NCBI GenBank assembly: GCA_031366795.1 | Contig: JANLOX010000024.1 | Coordinates: 1-30,192, forward strand | Origin: Candidatus Eiseniibacteriota bacterium | GTDB lineage: Bacteria > Eisenbacteria > RBG-16-71-46 | DNA length: 30,192 bases | Direction: 5' to 3' | Shown here: positions 27,701-30,192 of the stretch, piece after piece | How the letters are laid out: the number at the start of each line of letters is the position of its first letter | Numbering within the stretch: position 1 is the first letter of the stretch | The notes under the pieces: model-generated | Database searches by the model: none | Told to the model about the DNA's origin: nothing | What the model saw: the letters and a program-made list of their open reading frames with translations, nothing else | Program-made: the position numbers and the translations under genes

Positions 27701-28663
27701 TTGATGGCGATTGCACAGGCGCACCCGGCGCGCGCCATGAACCCCGAGGCGGTGACCGCCGTGGCTTCGCGGCTGTCGGCCGGGCTCCCGCACACCAGTG
27801 GTTGGACGCGCGGGCACGATTCGGCGCTTGGCCCCGCGGTTGCCAACCAGAACGCGGTCGAGGCGCTCGATCCCGAGCCGTTCGCGGCGCGACACCATTA
27901 CGACGTGACTCTCGTGGTCCCCGCGACGGAGTCCGATCCGGCGCCACGCGGGGGGGCCATCGACGAATTGCTTGCGGCGCGCGATGCCGTGAGTTTCGCG
28001 CTCGCCGCCCCCGATGCAATCGCGTTGGCGGCGCCGCTGGTGCGGCTGGCGAGCGCCGCGTGCGATCTGGCCGACCCGTTCCTGACCACGTCGTCGGACG
28101 CAGACGAAGTGCCCGGCGCACACTCGCTGTTCAGCGACACATTCGATCCTTTGTCATTCGTGGCAGCGGACTCGATCGCCAGCGACACGACGGGCTTCGC
28201 GGGGGCGGGCGAAGCGCTCGCCTCGAACAGCGCCGCACTGCGCCAGGCAGTCGAAAACGCAGCATCGTTGGGCGATGACGCCGGCATGAACACCCTGCGC
28301 AACCAACGACTCGAAGCTGCAATCGCGGTGGCACGCCTGGCGCTTCGCGAGGCCGTGGCCCAAGCCGCAGCGACGATGACCGCGCGGATCAGCAGCACGC
28401 GTCTCGCGATCTGGCCCAACCCCACGCGCGGGTCGGTGCGTGTGTCGTTCGTGCTCACAGCACCCACGCCCGCGCAGCTTGAGGTCATCGACGTGAGCGG
28501 ACGCCGCGTGATCGAGCGCAGGCTCGGCACCTACGCCGCGGGCGAACACTCGCTCGTGCTCGAGGCGGGGGCACTCGACGTGCTGCCGTTCGGGCTGTAT
28601 TTCGTGCGCGTCCACGCGGGCAATGCGGTGATCGGCGGAAGACTGTTTCACATCGCGCGATAG
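27701..28663 (+). CDS. Ala-rich secreted protein with C-terminal FlgD-Ig/T9SS type-A-like sorting domain
   Basis: C-terminus IWPNPTRG.V.VSF...LEVIDVSGRRV...GLYFVRV; true start probably upstream of 27701 (see findings). Confidence 0.7.
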   Translation: MMAIAQAHPARAMNPEAVTAVASRLSAGLPHTSGWTRGHDSALGPAVANQNAVEALDPEPFAARHHYDVTLVVPATESDPAPRGGAIDELLAARDAVSFALAAPDAIALAAPLVRLASAACDLADPFLTTSSDADEVPGAHSLFSDTFDPLSFVAADSIASDTTGFAGAGEALASNSAALRQAVENAASLGDDAGMNTLRNQRLEAAIAVARLALREAVAQAAATMTARISSTRLAIWPNPTRGSVRVSFVLTAPTPAQLEVIDVSGRRVIERRLGTYAAGEHSLVLEAGALDVLPFGLYFVRVHAGNAVIGGRLFHIAR

Positions 28664-28717
28664 CGGGGCCGTGTCGGCAACGCGCCGCGCGATGGACCGG
28701 GCAGTCGATGGAGCGAG

Positions 28718-29356
28718 CTACGCCGCCTTGAGCCGCTCCGCGCCTCGCGCCTTCACCACGCGGCACGGCACTCCGACCGCGACCGCATTCGCGGGCAGCG
28801 ACTTCACCACGACGCTGCCCGCGCCCACGATGGTGTGGTCGCCGACGCTCACGCCCTTGAGCACGATGCAGCGCGCGCCGAACCATACGTCCTCGCCGAT
28901 GGCGATGGGTTCGCCATGCGACGGCTGCTGCATCACGGGCGTGCCGGGTTCGGTGCCGTGATCGTTGTCCTGCACGTAGCAGCCGTCGCCGAATGCGGTG
29001 TCGTTGCCGACTTCGATGCGCGTGTATGAATTGAAGGTCACGCCGCGCAGGCAGGTGACTCGCCGCCCCAGTACAATCGCGCCATGGCCCTCACCATAAT
29101 CGTGCGTCCAGAACGTGACGCCGGCGTGAATGCTGCAGCCATCACCGATGGTGACGCGACGCGGGTCGCCGACCACGCGTATCCAACCGCGCAGGTGGCA
29201 ACCGCGGCCCAAGCGTACGCCATAAGCGCGCAGCCAGGCGCAGTACACCGCGCTGAATACCCGGTCACGGGCGATCCCAATGACGATGCGCGCGAGATTG
29301 GCCACGCCTTGCTTCTGCACGATCGCGGCCTGCATGCGGCGGAACGGGTTGCTCAT
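28718..29356 (-). CDS. Hexapeptide-repeat (LbH) sugar O-acyltransferase
   Basis: IAIGEDVWFGARCIVLKGVSVGDHTIVGAGSVV...VAVGVP; DNDH motif. Confidence 0.9.
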   Translation of the reverse strand: MSNPFRRMQAAIVQKQGVANLARIVIGIARDRVFSAVYCAWLRAYGVRLGRGCHLRGWIRVVGDPRRVTIGDGCSIHAGVTFWTHDYGEGHGAIVLGRRVTCLRGVTFNSYTRIEVGNDTAFGDGCYVQDNDHGTEPGTPVMQQPSHGEPIAIGEDVWFGARCIVLKGVSVGDHTIVGAGSVVVKSLPANAVAVGVPCRVVKARGAERLKAA

Positions 29357-30192
29357 GACGGCGCCCCCTCACTCGCACGCGAGCGCGCACCCGGCAGCAC
29401 CCCGCGCAGCAGCGCGAGATCCTCTTGCCCGAACGCACCGAGCGCGCCGAGCACCAGCGCATAGGCCGCGAGCGAGCCCACTCCGGCGATCGCCAGCCCC
29501 GCGATGCCGTGCGGCACCCACGATGATGTCGCGGCGAGCACGGCGGCGAGCGCTGCGCCCGCGACGATCGGGCGCCACACCACGGTGACGATGCCCGGCA
29601 CGGGCGCGGCACGCTGGAACATCGCAAACAACAGCGCGAAGGACAGCCACTCACTTGCGACCGTCGCGGCGGATGAGCCCAAGAACGACAGGTGCGGCAC
29701 GAGCAGCAGGTTGAGCGTGATGTTGAACGCAGCGGTGATGCCGACGGCCCAGGTGCCGAGTGATTGGCGGCGCTGCGCGGTCAGCAGGAACAGCAACGTG
29801 TCGGCCATGTATGAGCCCGGCAGCGCCCACATCAGGATCGCCAGCGCGGGAGCCGCGGCGGCATAGCCCGGCCCCAGCACGACGCGGACGATTGCGGGCG
29901 CTTCGAAGGTGAAGAACACCGCAACGCCGAAGGTGAATAGCAGGTGCAGGCGAATCGACTTGCGGCACAGCACCGCGAGCGATCCGCCGGGGCCATCGGC
30001 GGTGCGCGCCATGAACGGGAACAGCACGGTGCGGAACGTCACGGCGAGCATCGCAAAGGCCTCGAACATGCGGTAGGCGCCGGCGTAGAGCCCGACGGCC
30101 TGGTCGCCACGCAGGGTGCGCAGGACGACCGAGTCGATGCGGAAGTAGAGCGCGATGAAGATGCCCGAGAGCGCCAGTGGGAATGCCTCACG
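29353..30192 (-). CDS. wzx: Polysaccharide flippase (Wzx-like), partial, starts beyond right edge
   Basis: Frame is open to the window edge: REAFPLALSGIFIALYFRIDSVVL...AVGLYAGAYR...; FNITLNLLLVP.LSFLGSSAAT; stop overlaps acyltransferase start. Confidence 0.85.
   Translation of the reverse strand, partial: REAFPLALSGIFIALYFRIDSVVLRTLRGDQAVGLYAGAYRMFEAFAMLAVTFRTVLFPFMARTADGPGGSLAVLCRKSIRLHLLFTFGVAVFFTFEAPAIVRVVLGPGYAAAAPALAILMWALPGSYMADTLLFLLTAQRRQSLGTWAVGITAAFNITLNLLLVPHLSFLGSSAATVASEWLSFALLFAMFQRAAPVPGIVTVVWRPIVAGAALAAVLAATSSWVPHGIAGLAIAGVGSLAAYALVLGALGAFGQEDLALLRGVLPGARSRASEGAPS

Overview
GC-rich bacterial chromosomal window with about 23 protein-coding genes and no recognisable rRNA, tRNA, CRISPR array, transposase or phage gene. 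FlgD-Ig/T9SS-type C-terminal sorting-like domains in a high-GC genome would fit an FCB-related lineage such as Ca. Eisenbacteria, but that is inference only. Left to right: (1) minus-strand LolD/MacB-type ABC ATPase, large FtsX-type permease, AttH/CrtC-like lipocalin-fold protein and a partial SAM methyltransferase missing from the ORF track; (2) M32 carboxypeptidase converging on a thioredoxin-TPR gene, the gap filled exactly by a ~122-bp ERIC-like palindrome; (3) minus-strand secreted proteolysis/peptide-uptake cluster: Cys-rich secreted protein coupled to a PA-domain zinc metalloprotease, M61 PDZ aminopeptidase coupled to an OPT transporter, Cys-less rhodanese lipoprotein, thioredoxin-TPR protein; (4) divergent, probably sigma54-driven Wzx/Wzy-type polysaccharide operon (SLBB exporter, co-polymerase, loop-less Wzy paralogue, GT2, secreted GH42-like protein, GT4, WecA, GT4, Wzy/O-antigen ligase); (5) an Ala-rich protein with a C-terminal sorting-like domain; (6) convergent acyltransferase and partial Wzx flippase. 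All family calls come from motif recognition by eye; no searches were run.
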